From: Candidatus Hadarchaeota archaeon
GTDB lineage: Archaea; Hadarchaeota; Hadarchaeia; Hadarchaeales; JAWBSP01
Length of the DNA: 64,000 nucleotides
Assembly (NCBI GenBank): GCA_964474885.1
Contig: CAYYWO010000003.1
Location: 64,001-128,000, forward strand
Reading direction: 5' to 3'
Made by a program: the position numbers and the translations under genes. The notes under the pieces are model-generated. The model was not told the origin of the DNA, made no database searches, and was given only the letters and a program-made list of their open reading frames with translations. Positions 18,455 through 28,233 of the stretch are shown in pieces (position 1 is the first letter of the stretch; each line of letters starts with the position of its first letter).

Positions 18455-18907
18455 ATGCCACACCACGAGTATTCGGTCCAGCTCTCCGAGCCGTGTGCCA
18501 AGGCATATGGAAGGGAGCTGAGGATCTCGAGGAAGCATGCGGAGGAAATTTGTAGGGCTATAAAAGGCATGAGGTTAGAGGAATGTAAACGCTTCTTGGA
18601 AGGGGTGATAAAAAAGAAGGTACCTGTCCCCTTCCGCAGGCACAACAAGAAACTCCCTCATAGGAGAGGATGTAGAGGGGCGGGTCGATACCCAGTCAAG
18701 GCAGCCAAAGAAATCCTTAAGGTGATCAAGAACGCCGAGGCAAACGCTTCTTACAAAGGCTTGAAGCCAGAGAAGCTGAGAGTGGTGCATGCGTGTGCCA
18801 AGAAAGGCCTCGTGATTCGAAACTTCATGCCCAGGGCCTTTGCGAGAGCCACACCTTGGAACCAAGAACTCACAAATGTAGAGGTAGTTCTTCAGGAAAA
18901 GGACTGA
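18455..18907 (+). CDS. rpl22: 50S ribosomal protein uL22
   Basis: GRYPVKAA, NAEANA and PRAFARA. Confidence 0.96.
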   Translation: MPHHEYSVQLSEPCAKAYGRELRISRKHAEEICRAIKGMRLEECKRFLEGVIKKKVPVPFRRHNKKLPHRRGCRGAGRYPVKAAKEILKVIKNAEANASYKGLKPEKLRVVHACAKKGLVIRNFMPRAFARATPWNQELTNVEVVLQEKD

Positions 18908-19533
18908 TGGCGCCCTCGTCAGATATAAAATTCATCCAGTATGGATGGGACAGAGCCAGCCTCGAGGAGTTTCTCAGCGAAAAGTTAGGACACGCAGGAT
19001 ATGGTGGGATAGACATCCAGAAGATGACTGGGAGCACGAAAATCACCCTGTATGTGGAGAGACCGGGAGTTGTCATAGGCAGGGGTGGTGAAAGCATAAA
19101 GGAGCTGCAGGAAATTTTGGAAAAACGCTTCAAGCTGGAGAAGCCCGAGATAGAAGTCCTCGAACTCCAAAATGCTGACCTCTGTGCTCCAATCGTGGCA
19201 AAAAGGATAGCATCGGCCTTGGAGCGGGGGATAAGTTACAGGAGGATTGCTCACGCTTTCTTGAGAAGGGTAATGGCAGCTGGGGCAAAAGGAGTTGAGA
19301 TCAGGATTTCGGGGAAGATAGCCGGCGAGAGAGCTAGATCGGAGAGGTTCTTCCAGGGATACCTGAGTAAGACGGGGGAGCCAGCGGAGAAATACGTCAG
19401 CAAGGGTCAGGCCACGGCCAAGCTGCCACCTGGCATTGTGGGGGTCAAAGTCAGAATAATGTTGCCTTTCCCAGTTGAAGATTTGAAGAAAGGAGCAAAG
19501 AAGGAGGGGGAAGGTGCCCAAGCTTCGAGCTGA
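18907..19533 (+). CDS. rps3: 30S ribosomal protein uS3
   Basis: KH domain [10 protein letters not shown] and [12 protein letters not shown]; start ATG overlaps the rpl22 stop. Confidence 0.96.
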   Translation: MAPSSDIKFIQYGWDRASLEEFLSEKLGHAGYGGIDIQKMTGSTKITLYVERPGVVIGRGGESIKELQEILEKRFKLEKPEIEVLELQNADLCAPIVAKRIASALERGISYRRIAHAFLRRVMAAGAKGVEIRISGKIAGERARSERFFQGYLSKTGEPAEKYVSKGQATAKLPPGIVGVKVRIMLPFPVEDLKKGAKKEGEGAQASS

Positions 19534-19726
19534 CGAATTGAGGGGTATGAGTATAGAAGAATTAAAGGAGAAGTTAAGAGAGTTGAGGGCTGAACTGGCT
19601 AAAGAAAGGGCTGTGGCGAGGGCTGGTGGCACGACAGAGAACCCAATGAGGATCAGGGAGTTACGGAGAGCCATAGCCAGGGTCTTGACGGTGATCCGGG
19701 AGGTTCAGCTCAGGGAAGGTCGCTGA
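19514..19726 (+). CDS. rpl29: 50S ribosomal protein uL29
   Basis: ELRGMS..EL and [13 protein letters not shown]. Confidence 0.95.
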   Translation: MPKLRADELRGMSIEELKEKLRELRAELAKERAVARAGGTTENPMRIRELRRAIARVLTVIREVQLREGR

Positions 19727-20034
19727 TGCAGGAGATTTGTAAAATCTGTGGGCTACCTAAGGAACTATGCATATGCGAGGGCATAGCAAAAGAGCAGCAG
19801 AGGATAAACATCTACACCCAGGAGAGGAAGTTCGGTAAGAAGGTTGTGATAATTGAAGGATTGGACTCTAAAGCCCTTAACCTGAAAGACCTGCTTAAGA
19901 AACTCAAATCGAAGCTCGCCTGCGGCGGGACAATCAAGAATAACATAATCGAACTCCAAGGAGGGAACAAGGAGCGAGTGAAGGAGGCATTGGTTGAGTT
20001 GGGTTTCCCTGTGGATTCTATTTACGTTAGGTAA
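19726..20034 (+). CDS. sui1: Translation initiation factor aIF1 (SUI1)
   Basis: [11 protein letters not shown] zinc motif and [15 protein letters not shown]. Confidence 0.95.
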   Translation: MQEICKICGLPKELCICEGIAKEQQRINIYTQERKFGKKVVIIEGLDSKALNLKDLLKKLKSKLACGGTIKNNIIELQGGNKERVKEALVELGFPVDSIYVR

Positions 20035-20045
20035 GGAGGGAAAGC

Positions 20046-20315
20046 ATCCCCATAACACCGAGAAATTTGCTCAAACACGAGTGGATCGGACTGACGGTTG
20101 AGATAGTGGATAGTCTTGATCCCACGCTGAAGGGGAGACAAGGGAGGGTGATAGATGAGACGAAAAACACGCTGGTTATCGAAGAAGGCACGCGCAGAAT
20201 TCGCATCCCCAAAGCAGTAGTCACCTTGAAGTTCATCTTGCCTGGAGGGAAAGAAGTGCTTGTGGATGGAAGGAAAATCGTTATGAGACCAGAAGAGAGA
20301 GTTAAGAGACTATGA
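20046..20315 (+). CDS. rnp1: RNase P protein Rpp29 (probable ATC start)
   Basis: [26 protein letters not shown] and RPEERVK; AGGAGG lies 6 nt before ATC 20046; first conventional start is TTG 20067. Confidence 0.9.
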   Translation: MPITPRNLLKHEWIGLTVEIVDSLDPTLKGRQGRVIDETKNTLVIEEGTRRIRIPKAVVTLKFILPGGKEVLVDGRKIVMRPEERVKRL

Positions 20316-20656
20316 GCGAGAATCCTCCGGCTAGAAACATAGGGCTTGACGTAAAACCGCCCACCTCTTCATGCTCTGACCCCAGATGCCCCTTTCACGG
20401 GAATCTGAAGGTTAGGGGGAGGGTGATGGAGGGAGTTGTAGTGAGCGACCGTATGCAGAAAACGGTCACAGTGGCAATTGAGAGGTTGCATTATGTTCCC
20501 AAGTATGAGAGGTACGAGCGAAGGACTTCGAAAATCCATGCTCACAATCCCCCGTGTATAAATGCCAAGGTTGGAGACAGGGTGAAAATTGCGGAATGCC
20601 GGAGGCTAAGCAAGACGAAGGCTTTCGTTGTGGTTGAGAAAAGCGAGGTGAAATAA
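20312..20656 (+). CDS. rps17: 30S ribosomal protein uS17
   Basis: [13 protein letters not shown] and ECRRLSKTK. Confidence 0.96.
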   Translation: MSENPPARNIGLDVKPPTSSCSDPRCPFHGNLKVRGRVMEGVVVSDRMQKTVTVAIERLHYVPKYERYERRTSKIHAHNPPCINAKVGDRVKIAECRRLSKTKAFVVVEKSEVK

Positions 20657-21082
20657 ATGGGAAAGAAGGGGGCCGGCGAGACGAGGGGAATTTCTCCTGT
20701 CACCCCTGTCAGGGCGATCAACGTGGGAGCTAGGCTTGCATGTATCGACAACACAGGGGTTAAGGAGATCCAAGTTGTTTCCGTAGTGGGGTATAAGGGA
20801 GTTAGGCGGCGGATGGGCAGGGCTGGTGTTGGGGATCAGGTGGTGGCATCTGTGAAAAAAGGAACGCCGGAGTGGAAGAAGAAGATAGTCAGGGCGGTCA
20901 TAGTCAGGCAGAAGAAGGAGTACCGGCGCGTTGACGGCATAAGGGTGAAATTCGAGGACAACGCGGCAGTCATAGTCAATCCGGATGGGACACCCAGAGG
21001 TACGCAGATAAAGGGAGCGATTGCGAGGGAAGCTGCCGAGAGGTGGCCTAAAGTGGCTGGGATAGCCTCTATCGTGGTATGA
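20657..21082 (+). CDS. rpl14: 50S ribosomal protein uL14
   Basis: [13 protein letters not shown] and FEDNAAV. Confidence 0.96.
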   Translation: MGKKGAGETRGISPVTPVRAINVGARLACIDNTGVKEIQVVSVVGYKGVRRRMGRAGVGDQVVASVKKGTPEWKKKIVRAVIVRQKKEYRRVDGIRVKFEDNAAVIVNPDGTPRGTQIKGAIAREAAERWPKVAGIASIVV

Positions 21083-21414
21083 AGACCGTACAACCGCGGA
21101 AGCAGAGGTACCGACTGTATCACGCACCCCTCCACGCGCGGGGGAAGTTCCTGCACGCCCACCTGAGCGATGAGCTAAGGAAGAAGCTGGGGAGGAGGAG
21201 TCTCAGGGTCAGGAAGGGTGACAGGGTGAAGATTCTGCGGGGTGATTTCAAGGGCTTGGAAGGGGAGGTCGTCCAGGTGTTCACCAAGCAGAGGAGGGTG
21301 GCCGTTCAGGGCGCTTCTTTGAGGAAGGCGGATGGAACGGAGGTCCCCCTCAAGATACACCCCTCGAATTTGGTGATCACTAGACTGGCGGAGGACAAGA
21401 GGAGGCTCAAATGA
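21079..21414 (+). CDS. rpl24: 50S ribosomal protein uL24
   Basis: QPRKQR, KOW motif GDRVKILRG and IHPSNL. Confidence 0.96.
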   Translation: MKTVQPRKQRYRLYHAPLHARGKFLHAHLSDELRKKLGRRSLRVRKGDRVKILRGDFKGLEGEVVQVFTKQRRVAVQGASLRKADGTEVPLKIHPSNLVITRLAEDKRRLK

Positions 21415-22016
21415 GGAAACTCGGGCTCTCCGCCCTGGTTCTTGCGGTAGCGACAGGCATATTTTTGCTTTTCGGGAAGTTTGAGAGCGAGATGCCTTCG
21501 ATCAAAGGTAAGAAAGTGCTGATGGTCATAGCCCCGGAGAACTTCAGGGACGAGGAACTGTTTGAGACGAGGGCCCAGCTCGAGGCAGCTGGAGCGGAGG
21601 TAAAGGTCTGCAGCTCGACCCGCGAACCCGCTGTGGGCATGCTGGGTGGAAAGGCTGTCCCGGATTTCTCCTTAGATCAAGTCCGGGCCGCCGACTGGGA
21701 TGCGATAGTTTTTGTTGGTGGCGTGGGAGCCCAGGTTTATTTCAATGATAACCGGGCTCTAAACCTGGCGAGGGAGGCCTATCGGCTGGGGAAGAAGGTA
21801 TGTGCCATTTGCATAGCTCCCATGATCTTGGCCAATGCGGGAATTCTGAAGGGGAGAAGGGCAACGGTCTGGTCTTCTTTTGCCAACCAGCTCGAAGATG
21901 CCGGGGCCGTTTACGTGCAACAGAACGTAGTGGTCGATGGAAACATAGTAACAGCTCCCGGGCCTCAGGCCGCGGTCGAATTTGGCAAGGCCATTGCCAG
22001 GGAACTAGCCGGGTAA
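21411..22016 (+). CDS. DJ-1/PfpI family protein with N-terminal hydrophobic anchor or signal
   Basis: FRDEE, FVGG.G, AICIAP (nucleophile Cys) and DGNIVTAPGP. Confidence 0.88.
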   Translation: MRKLGLSALVLAVATGIFLLFGKFESEMPSIKGKKVLMVIAPENFRDEELFETRAQLEAAGAEVKVCSSTREPAVGMLGGKAVPDFSLDQVRAADWDAIVFVGGVGAQVYFNDNRALNLAREAYRLGKKVCAICIAPMILANAGILKGRRATVWSSFANQLEDAGAVYVQQNVVVDGNIVTAPGPQAAVEFGKAIARELAG

Positions 22017-22017
22017 A

Positions 22018-23304
22018 TTGTCAAGTCTTCTCCTCCAGGGGGGCTGGTACCTTTCACCCCAGTTCCAGGTGCTGAAGGGAGACGTGCTGATTGAAGATGA
22101 CAGGATCGTAAAGGTCGGTGAGGTGAGGGGTCCGGCTGACCACGTGATCGACGCAAGGGGAAAACTCATAGTCCCCGGATTCGTGAACGCCCACACGCAC
22201 TCCCCCATGAGTCTCATGAGGGGCTATGCGGAGGATCTAGGCTTGGAGGAGTGGCTGGCTGGGAAGATCTGGCCAGTCGAGGAGAAGCTAAAACCCCATC
22301 ATGTGAGGGCAGGGGCACTGTTGAGCTGTCTCGAGATGATCAAATCGGGAATAACCTGTTTCTTCGACATGTACTTCTTTATGGAGGAAGTTGCGAGGGC
22401 AGTGGAAGCCTCAGGCCTCAGGGCGGTCCTTTCTTATGGGATAATCGATCTGGGGGATCCGGATAGAAGGAAGCGGGAACTCGCCAAAGCTCGGGAACTT
22501 TTGGTCCTCCGGGGAAGTGCAGAGGGAAGGATTGAGATCGCGTTGGGCCCTCACGCCCCTTATACGTGTTCCGAAGAATGCTTGCTCGAGGTTAGGAGGC
22601 TGGCTGAGAAGCACCAGACGCGGATACACATGCATCTCTCGGAGTCCATGGGAGAGGTCCAGAGGTTTTTAGAGCAAAAGGGAAAGAGACCCGTCGAGTA
22701 CCTGAGAGAGATAGGGTTCTTGGGGCCGAATCTGACGGCGGCACACTGTGTGCACTTGGATCAAAGGGAAATCAAAATCTTGGCCCAAGAGGGGGTATCG
22801 GTGGTGCACAACCCAACAAGCAATCTAAAGCTCGGGTGTGGCATAGCACCGGTGATCGAGATGATCGACCAGGGCATTAATTTATCTCTGGGAACGGATG
22901 GACCCGCGAGCAACAACACGCTGAATATCTTCCAGGAGATGAAACTCTGTGCCCTCTTGCAGAAAGGAAAGAGGCGAGATCCTACCCGACCTAGAACCAC
23001 GGAGGTTTTGGGAATGGCGACCCAAGGGGGCGCGAGGGCCTTGGGCCTGCAGGACGTGGGCAGGATCGAGCCCTCGGCCAAGGCGGATGTGGTGCTAATC
23101 GATTTGAAAGCACCAAATCTCAGACCCGTTCTAGACCTCCGTGCAGCCTTGGTTTACTCCGCTAGGCCGGAGAACGTGTCGCACGTTATAGTGGGGGGAA
23201 AGCTCCTCATGGAAAATAGGCAGATCCTGAGCTTGGATGAAGAAGAAGTGCTTGAGAAGGCTGAGAAAGCCTCTCAGGAGCTCCTTTCAGATGACGAGGA
23301 TTAA
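22018..23304 (+). CDS. MTA/SAH/5'-deoxyadenosine deaminase (amidohydrolase)
   Basis: PGFVNAHTH, PHAPYTCS, HLSE and LGTDGPASNN; adjacent to ahcY. Confidence 0.88.
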   Translation: MSSLLLQGGWYLSPQFQVLKGDVLIEDDRIVKVGEVRGPADHVIDARGKLIVPGFVNAHTHSPMSLMRGYAEDLGLEEWLAGKIWPVEEKLKPHHVRAGALLSCLEMIKSGITCFFDMYFFMEEVARAVEASGLRAVLSYGIIDLGDPDRRKRELAKARELLVLRGSAEGRIEIALGPHAPYTCSEECLLEVRRLAEKHQTRIHMHLSESMGEVQRFLEQKGKRPVEYLREIGFLGPNLTAAHCVHLDQREIKILAQEGVSVVHNPTSNLKLGCGIAPVIEMIDQGINLSLGTDGPASNNTLNIFQEMKLCALLQKGKRRDPTRPRTTEVLGMATQGGARALGLQDVGRIEPSAKADVVLIDLKAPNLRPVLDLRAALVYSARPENVSHVIVGGKLLMENRQILSLDEEEVLEKAEKASQELLSDDED

Positions 23305-24532
23305 GCATCCCGAGCTGGCTGCTTTGGGCCGGTCAAGGATAGAATGGGCTACCCAGCACATGCCCGTTTTGGCCAGGATAGCCAAGGAGTTGGAGGAGAG
23401 AAAGCCCTTGAAAGGCCTGCGTGTGGGGTTAGCGCTCCACGTAGAGGCAAAGACTGCAGTTCTCGTGAGAACTCTGAGCCGAGCTGGAGCAAAAATCACC
23501 ATTGCGGGTTGCAACCCCTTGTCTACTAAGGATGAGTGTGCTGCGGCCCTGGCGGAGGAGGGGCACGAGGTCTTCGCGTGGAGGGGTGAGACGGAAGAGG
23601 AGTATTGGGAGAACTTGCGTTCTGTCCTTGAAACGCGTCCCCAGCTTATCATCGATGATGGCGGGGACCTGACCTCCTTAGCCCACAGGATGGGTGTGAG
23701 TGGGATCTTTGGTGCTTGCGAGGAGACTACCACGGGAGTGAACCGGGCAAAGCAAATGGAGAGGGAGGGCATCCTGAGGTTCCCCATAATAGCGGTTAAC
23801 GACACGCCGTCAAAACGTCTGTTCGACAACAGATTCGGAACGGCCGAGTCCACCCTCCAGGCAGTGTTAACGATAACAAATCTGCAGCTATCTGGGAAAA
23901 GGGTGGTGGTAGCGGGGTACGGGCATGTTGGGAGGGGGATAGCCTCTAGGATGAAGGCAATGGGTGCAGTTGTTTACGTGGTTGAGGTGGATCCGATCAG
24001 AGCCCTGGAGGCAGCCATGGACGGTTTCATCGTCACGGACATGCAGGAAGCCTCTCGCGTGGGGGACATCTTCATTACGTGTACAGGGAGCGTCAACGTG
24101 ATAAGGAAGGAGCACTTCTCCCAGATGAAGGATGGGGTCTTGCTGGTGAATGCCGGGCATTTTGATGTCGAGATAGACCTCAGGTCCCTCAGAGACATGG
24201 CAAAGGAGCACAGGAAGGGCATCCAGGATGTTGAGGAGTTCGTGCTGCCGGATGGTAGGAGACTCTACGTCCTGTGTCAGGGGAGGCTGGTAAACCTAGC
24301 CGGGGAACACTCAATGGGGCACCCATGTGAGATAATGGACATGAGTTTTTCGCTCCAAGCCCTCTCGCTCTGCTATCTAGTGGAGCACAGGGATGAAATG
24401 AAACCAAAGGTCTACCCAGTACCGGAGGAAATCGACAAGAAAGTAGCCACATTAAAACTCCTCTCCTTGGGAGCAAAGCTGGAGGCTCAAACAGAGGAGC
24501 AGATCAGGTACAGATCAAGTTGGTTGCTCTGA
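23291..24532 (+). CDS. ahcY: Adenosyl-/inosyl-homocysteinase
   Basis: CNPLST, DDGGD, EETTTG, FDNRFGT, GYG.VG.G and GRLVNL; start placed at MTRIKH. Confidence 0.95.
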   Translation: MTRIKHPELAALGRSRIEWATQHMPVLARIAKELEERKPLKGLRVGLALHVEAKTAVLVRTLSRAGAKITIAGCNPLSTKDECAAALAEEGHEVFAWRGETEEEYWENLRSVLETRPQLIIDDGGDLTSLAHRMGVSGIFGACEETTTGVNRAKQMEREGILRFPIIAVNDTPSKRLFDNRFGTAESTLQAVLTITNLQLSGKRVVVAGYGHVGRGIASRMKAMGAVVYVVEVDPIRALEAAMDGFIVTDMQEASRVGDIFITCTGSVNVIRKEHFSQMKDGVLLVNAGHFDVEIDLRSLRDMAKEHRKGIQDVEEFVLPDGRRLYVLCQGRLVNLAGEHSMGHPCEIMDMSFSLQALSLCYLVEHRDEMKPKVYPVPEEIDKKVATLKLLSLGAKLEAQTEEQIRYRSSWLL

Positions 24533-26056
24533 GAATGCCCAGGCGAATTTCCTGAGAAGGCTGCGAGTGTAAATCCGCTCAACCTCCACCTCCACTTGTT
24601 TCGCCCACCTAGCGTAGATCTCAGGATTTATGTAGCTCCTCAATGAGGTGGCCAAGTTGTAGCCCTTAGTCTTTTTTACAAGATCGAGCTTGAGTTTTTG
24701 CTCTCTCAACCTCTGTCTCAGCTTGCGCAACCTCTCCCGGTTTCTCTTGGTCATCCTCTTCTTTTTCAACTTCTCTATCCGCTCCTGAATCTGCTTTATC
24801 CTCTGTTGCATTCTCTCAACCCTCTCCTTCCACTTTTTCGGCGGTTTTTTCTTGTGGTTCAGAATTCTAGCTGCTCTGAGGTTCGCCATCTTAGCGACAT
24901 AGACTTTTTTGTAGGGATGGTCCCTACTGCTTAGCCTGGCTTCCCTCAAAGCTTTTTCAACCTCCTTGCTCGCATAATAGGTCCTGAAGACCTTTGCGGT
25001 GATGCCGGGCACTATTTTTCCAAGGAACTCATTAACCTGCTCGCACCTCACGTCCGGGAAAATCCTGGAACTTTTGCTCTTTTCCATACATTCCTTGAGA
25101 TTCCTGACGACTTGGGGCGGCATTCTGACGATTCGCCGGAATCTAACGGCCCCCTTGCCCAAGAAGTCGAATTTGACCTTGTCCTCCCCTAGTATTTTCA
25201 CGTTTGACTTCTTGAGAGTGGTTGCACCAACTGTGTCGAGCTCGTCGGGATCTTTTTCATCCCCTACCCTTATCTTCAGGAGGTCGATGAGGTAAGCGAC
25301 CGTGGCTATCTTCCTTACTTGGGGGTCGGGGGACTCTAAGCCTCTTAAGATGTGTTTCTGCATCTCAGGAAGCTTCTTCTCGAGTTCTTTAGCGAGTTCA
25401 AACTTCTTTTTCTCTCTTTCTTGCTTGATCTTGGCTGTATCCGCAATCCAAATGTACTTCATTTTTCCGGTTAATTTGTCCCTCCACTTCGCAATCCAAA
25501 GAGCATTCGGTTCCCATACCCTTCCTCCCCAAGAGCTTCCATCTGGGGTTGGGGGAGTGGGAGCGTCTGGGGATAGGTTCAGGATTATGTCAGAGTAGTG
25601 AACTCGGGGTTTCCACCTGCCCCTGAGAGGATGTTTTCCTCTTCCCACAAAAATGCAGGGGGGCTCAACTCTGTAATTGACTTCCACTTTCTGGCCATCG
25701 ATTATAGCATACCCATATTTCTGCTTTCTTTCTTCGTTTTCCTTCTTCCGTCTTTCCGCCAATTCTTTTTTGTGCTCCTTGGTCAATGCTTGGTTTGTTT
25801 CAATCCACTTCCTGATCTCACTAAAATCGAAGTCCTCCAGTTTTCCGCCGTCCAAGTTCAGTGCCTTGCAGAAGTCCCGTAGGAAGTTGCGGACGAAGAC
25901 AGGATCTTCCAGACGTTCGGGAGAGCATTTGACGAAAGCCAAGGCCATCTCTTCTTGTTCCGGGTTCAACTTGATTTCCTTTCCTCGGAAACGAATCTTA
26001 AGACCTTTTGGTTCATACGGTGGAATAAATACTCCGTTGTGAACGAGTTGGAGCAT
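24515..26056 (-). CDS. Eukaryote-like type IB DNA topoisomerase
   Basis: GRGKHPLRG, IRVGDEKD, FDFLGK, TAKVFRTY and LNH, a coiled-coil linker, then TSLRSYINP (catalytic Tyr). Confidence 0.93.
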   Translation of the reverse strand: MLQLVHNGVFIPPYEPKGLKIRFRGKEIKLNPEQEEMALAFVKCSPERLEDPVFVRNFLRDFCKALNLDGGKLEDFDFSEIRKWIETNQALTKEHKKELAERRKKENEERKQKYGYAIIDGQKVEVNYRVEPPCIFVGRGKHPLRGRWKPRVHYSDIILNLSPDAPTPPTPDGSSWGGRVWEPNALWIAKWRDKLTGKMKYIWIADTAKIKQEREKKKFELAKELEKKLPEMQKHILRGLESPDPQVRKIATVAYLIDLLKIRVGDEKDPDELDTVGATTLKKSNVKILGEDKVKFDFLGKGAVRFRRIVRMPPQVVRNLKECMEKSKSSRIFPDVRCEQVNEFLGKIVPGITAKVFRTYYASKEVEKALREARLSSRDHPYKKVYVAKMANLRAARILNHKKKPPKKWKERVERMQQRIKQIQERIEKLKKKRMTKRNRERLRKLRQRLREQKLKLDLVKKTKGYNLATSLRSYINPEIYARWAKQVEVEVERIYTRSLLRKFAWAFSEQPT

Positions 26057-26074
26057 AACAAATGGACGGAAGAC

Positions 26075-26503
26075 TTATGTTACCCTTATGTAGCGCAGGA
26101 TTTGATTGGCAGGCTTGTAGACGATCGTTATTACGTCGCCGAAGGCAAGTGGCTTTGGAGCTTGGACATATAGAACATCTCCTGCACTCAAAGTGATCAT
26201 GCCTTGAGGATTGTTATCCCCGTTGTACGACACAATAGTGGCATTTTGACCATTTACCCGTACAATAAGGTTGTTCCAGCTTTTACCGTTAATGGCATCC
26301 TTGATGTTATCCCCACCCATATGGTAGATTGTGAAATTTTCGTAGCCGCTTGATGCGTTCTCTAACATGAGGTTTACATTCACTGGAGTGGGAACAGTTC
26401 CAACAAGTCCCGTTGCGATCACGGCCACCATCGAAACCAACAAGACTGTAACGACAATCAGTAGAACTGTTGCTATTACTGGAGATACTCCGTTCTGTTG
26501 CAT
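26075..26503 (-). CDS. Archaeal type IV pilin
   Basis: Class III signal G|VSPVIATVLLI with a hydrophobic helix, and HMGGD. Confidence 0.88.
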   Translation of the reverse strand: MQQNGVSPVIATVLLIVVTVLLVSMVAVIATGLVGTVPTPVNVNLMLENASSGYENFTIYHMGGDNIKDAINGKSWNNLIVRVNGQNATIVSYNGDNNPQGMITLSAGDVLYVQAPKPLAFGDVITIVYKPANQILRYIRVT

Positions 26504-26529
26504 TATAATTATCTTCCCTATAAATATTA

Positions 26530-27312
26530 GTGGAGGGAGGGCAGGTGATCCCGACTGGGGTTAAGTCAGTCGACCTATTAGTTGGAGGGGGTGTAAGAGC
26601 TGGATCCCTTATCCTTTTATATGGACCACCCAAGGCATTCAAGTCGGAATTTCTAGCAAATGTAGCAGTCATTTGGGCGGCAATGAAAGAAGGCAAACTC
26701 AAACCACCAAGAAACGTGAAGATCCCTAGGACAACTTGGTATCTTTGTTTATCAAAATCTCCTACTGAAATAACCAGCTCGGTCAAAAATATGTTCAGCA
26801 AGAAGTACTTTGAACTCTTCAAGAGGAATGTCAAGTTTTTAGACTTGAGCAAGGAGTACTCAGCCCTTGTAGGTTCATTCTGGGAAAAGCAGAAAACACC
26901 AGATGTGAGAAAATTCGTCCTCAGCATCGTCAACAAACTCAAAAAGATCGGCCCGGAATCCCTACTGTTCATCTACACGCTGACTGACATAGCGAGACTC
27001 CTGCATGAGAGACCGGTAGAGTTCTTGTCCTTTATGGAGGGTCTTCGCACGGCCGCACACTCTTGGAAGGGAGTGGTTTATGGAATCCTGAGGAAAGGGG
27101 CCCTTCCAACAGCTATGGAGGAAGATATTTTATCCATCTCCGACGGCACATTTTACTTTGATGTTGAGAAGGTTGGTACCAGCGAGAGATACACTTTGAC
27201 GTTACTGGCCCTCAGTGGAGTCCCCACCTCTGCCTTAGGTCAAGTTTTCGAAATTTCAGTCACTTCAGATGGATTTCACGCTGAGGCAGTCAAATCCATC
27301 CTCGGGGTCTAG
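26530..27312 (+). CDS. KaiC/RAD55/ArlH-like RecA-fold protein
   Basis: IPTGVKSVDLLVGGG..GSLILLYG with variant P-loop GPPKAFKS. Confidence 0.75.
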   Translation: MEGGQVIPTGVKSVDLLVGGGVRAGSLILLYGPPKAFKSEFLANVAVIWAAMKEGKLKPPRNVKIPRTTWYLCLSKSPTEITSSVKNMFSKKYFELFKRNVKFLDLSKEYSALVGSFWEKQKTPDVRKFVLSIVNKLKKIGPESLLFIYTLTDIARLLHERPVEFLSFMEGLRTAAHSWKGVVYGILRKGALPTAMEEDILSISDGTFYFDVEKVGTSERYTLTLLALSGVPTSALGQVFEISVTSDGFHAEAVKSILGV

Positions 27313-27505
27313 TCTATTTTTTCGATCTCCTTGGAGCAGCAAAAAGGGCAGAGTAGAATCTTGTTTCCACGGTCTAAAAACAGTGCTGGTTCGGAAAATT
27401 CGTACGAGCAATTTTTACATCGAAATTTAGCTTTAGCTTTCTTCTGCTTCTCCTTCATCTTCCCTCCGTATCATTATCGGTATAAACGGATTATTGGATT
27501 GGAGG

Positions 27506-28210
27506 ATGATATACGCGATAATATCCGGGAAAGGGGGGGTGGGGAAAACAACCTTGGCCGCGAACCTAGGCCCACTAGCTGCGGAGCTTGGTAAAAAGAC
27601 GCTTTTGGTTGATACAGATTTAGCCGCTGGAAATCTTGCTCTTTATCTGGGCTTAACCGAACCGAGTAAGACCCTCCACGACTTGTTGGCAGGGGAGAAA
27701 GATATACATTCCTGCATATATTCCCTCCGTGAAGGTCTCGATGTCCTGCCAGCTGGCCTTTCCCTAAAGGGATTTTTGAAAGCAGACATAGCCGGGCTCC
27801 CGCAACTCATGAAGAAAGTAACCAAAGGTTATGAAGTCGTAATTTTAGACACGCCCCCTGGTATAAGCAGGAATAGCATAGTCCCGTTGAAGTGCGCAGA
27901 TCTAGCAGTTCTCGTCACCACGGCGGATCCACCCTCCCTAACCGTTAGCGTAAAGATGAAGGCCATAGCTTCCATTCTCGATAGGAGGATTGCTGGAACG
28001 GTCATAAACCGAGTAGAGAAAGGATTTTTAAAGAAGAACAAGCCAGCGGTCATTGCCAAGCAGCTGGGAACGGAAATCGTGGGCACTATCCCCGAGGACG
28101 ATAAAGTAAAACAGTCAATTGAGCTCGGGAAGCCCATTGTTCTCCACCGACCCAAATCGCAGGCTTCTAAAGCTCTTAGAGCGATCGCGTTAAGTCTTTT
28201 TGGCGGATAA
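27506..28210 (+). CDS. minD: MinD/ParA family ATPase
   Basis: SGKGGVGKTT, VDTDL, DTPPG and IPEDDKV. Confidence 0.88.
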   Translation: MIYAIISGKGGVGKTTLAANLGPLAAELGKKTLLVDTDLAAGNLALYLGLTEPSKTLHDLLAGEKDIHSCIYSLREGLDVLPAGLSLKGFLKADIAGLPQLMKKVTKGYEVVILDTPPGISRNSIVPLKCADLAVLVTTADPPSLTVSVKMKAIASILDRRIAGTVINRVEKGFLKKNKPAVIAKQLGTEIVGTIPEDDKVKQSIELGKPIVLHRPKSQASKALRAIALSLFGG

Positions 28211-28233
28211 ATCAGTTCTACTTTAGGTAATAG

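Noticed and set aside
27331-27594. 87-aa ORF upstream of minD
   Set aside because: Crosses an AT-rich probable promoter region, overlaps minD out of frame and shows no motif
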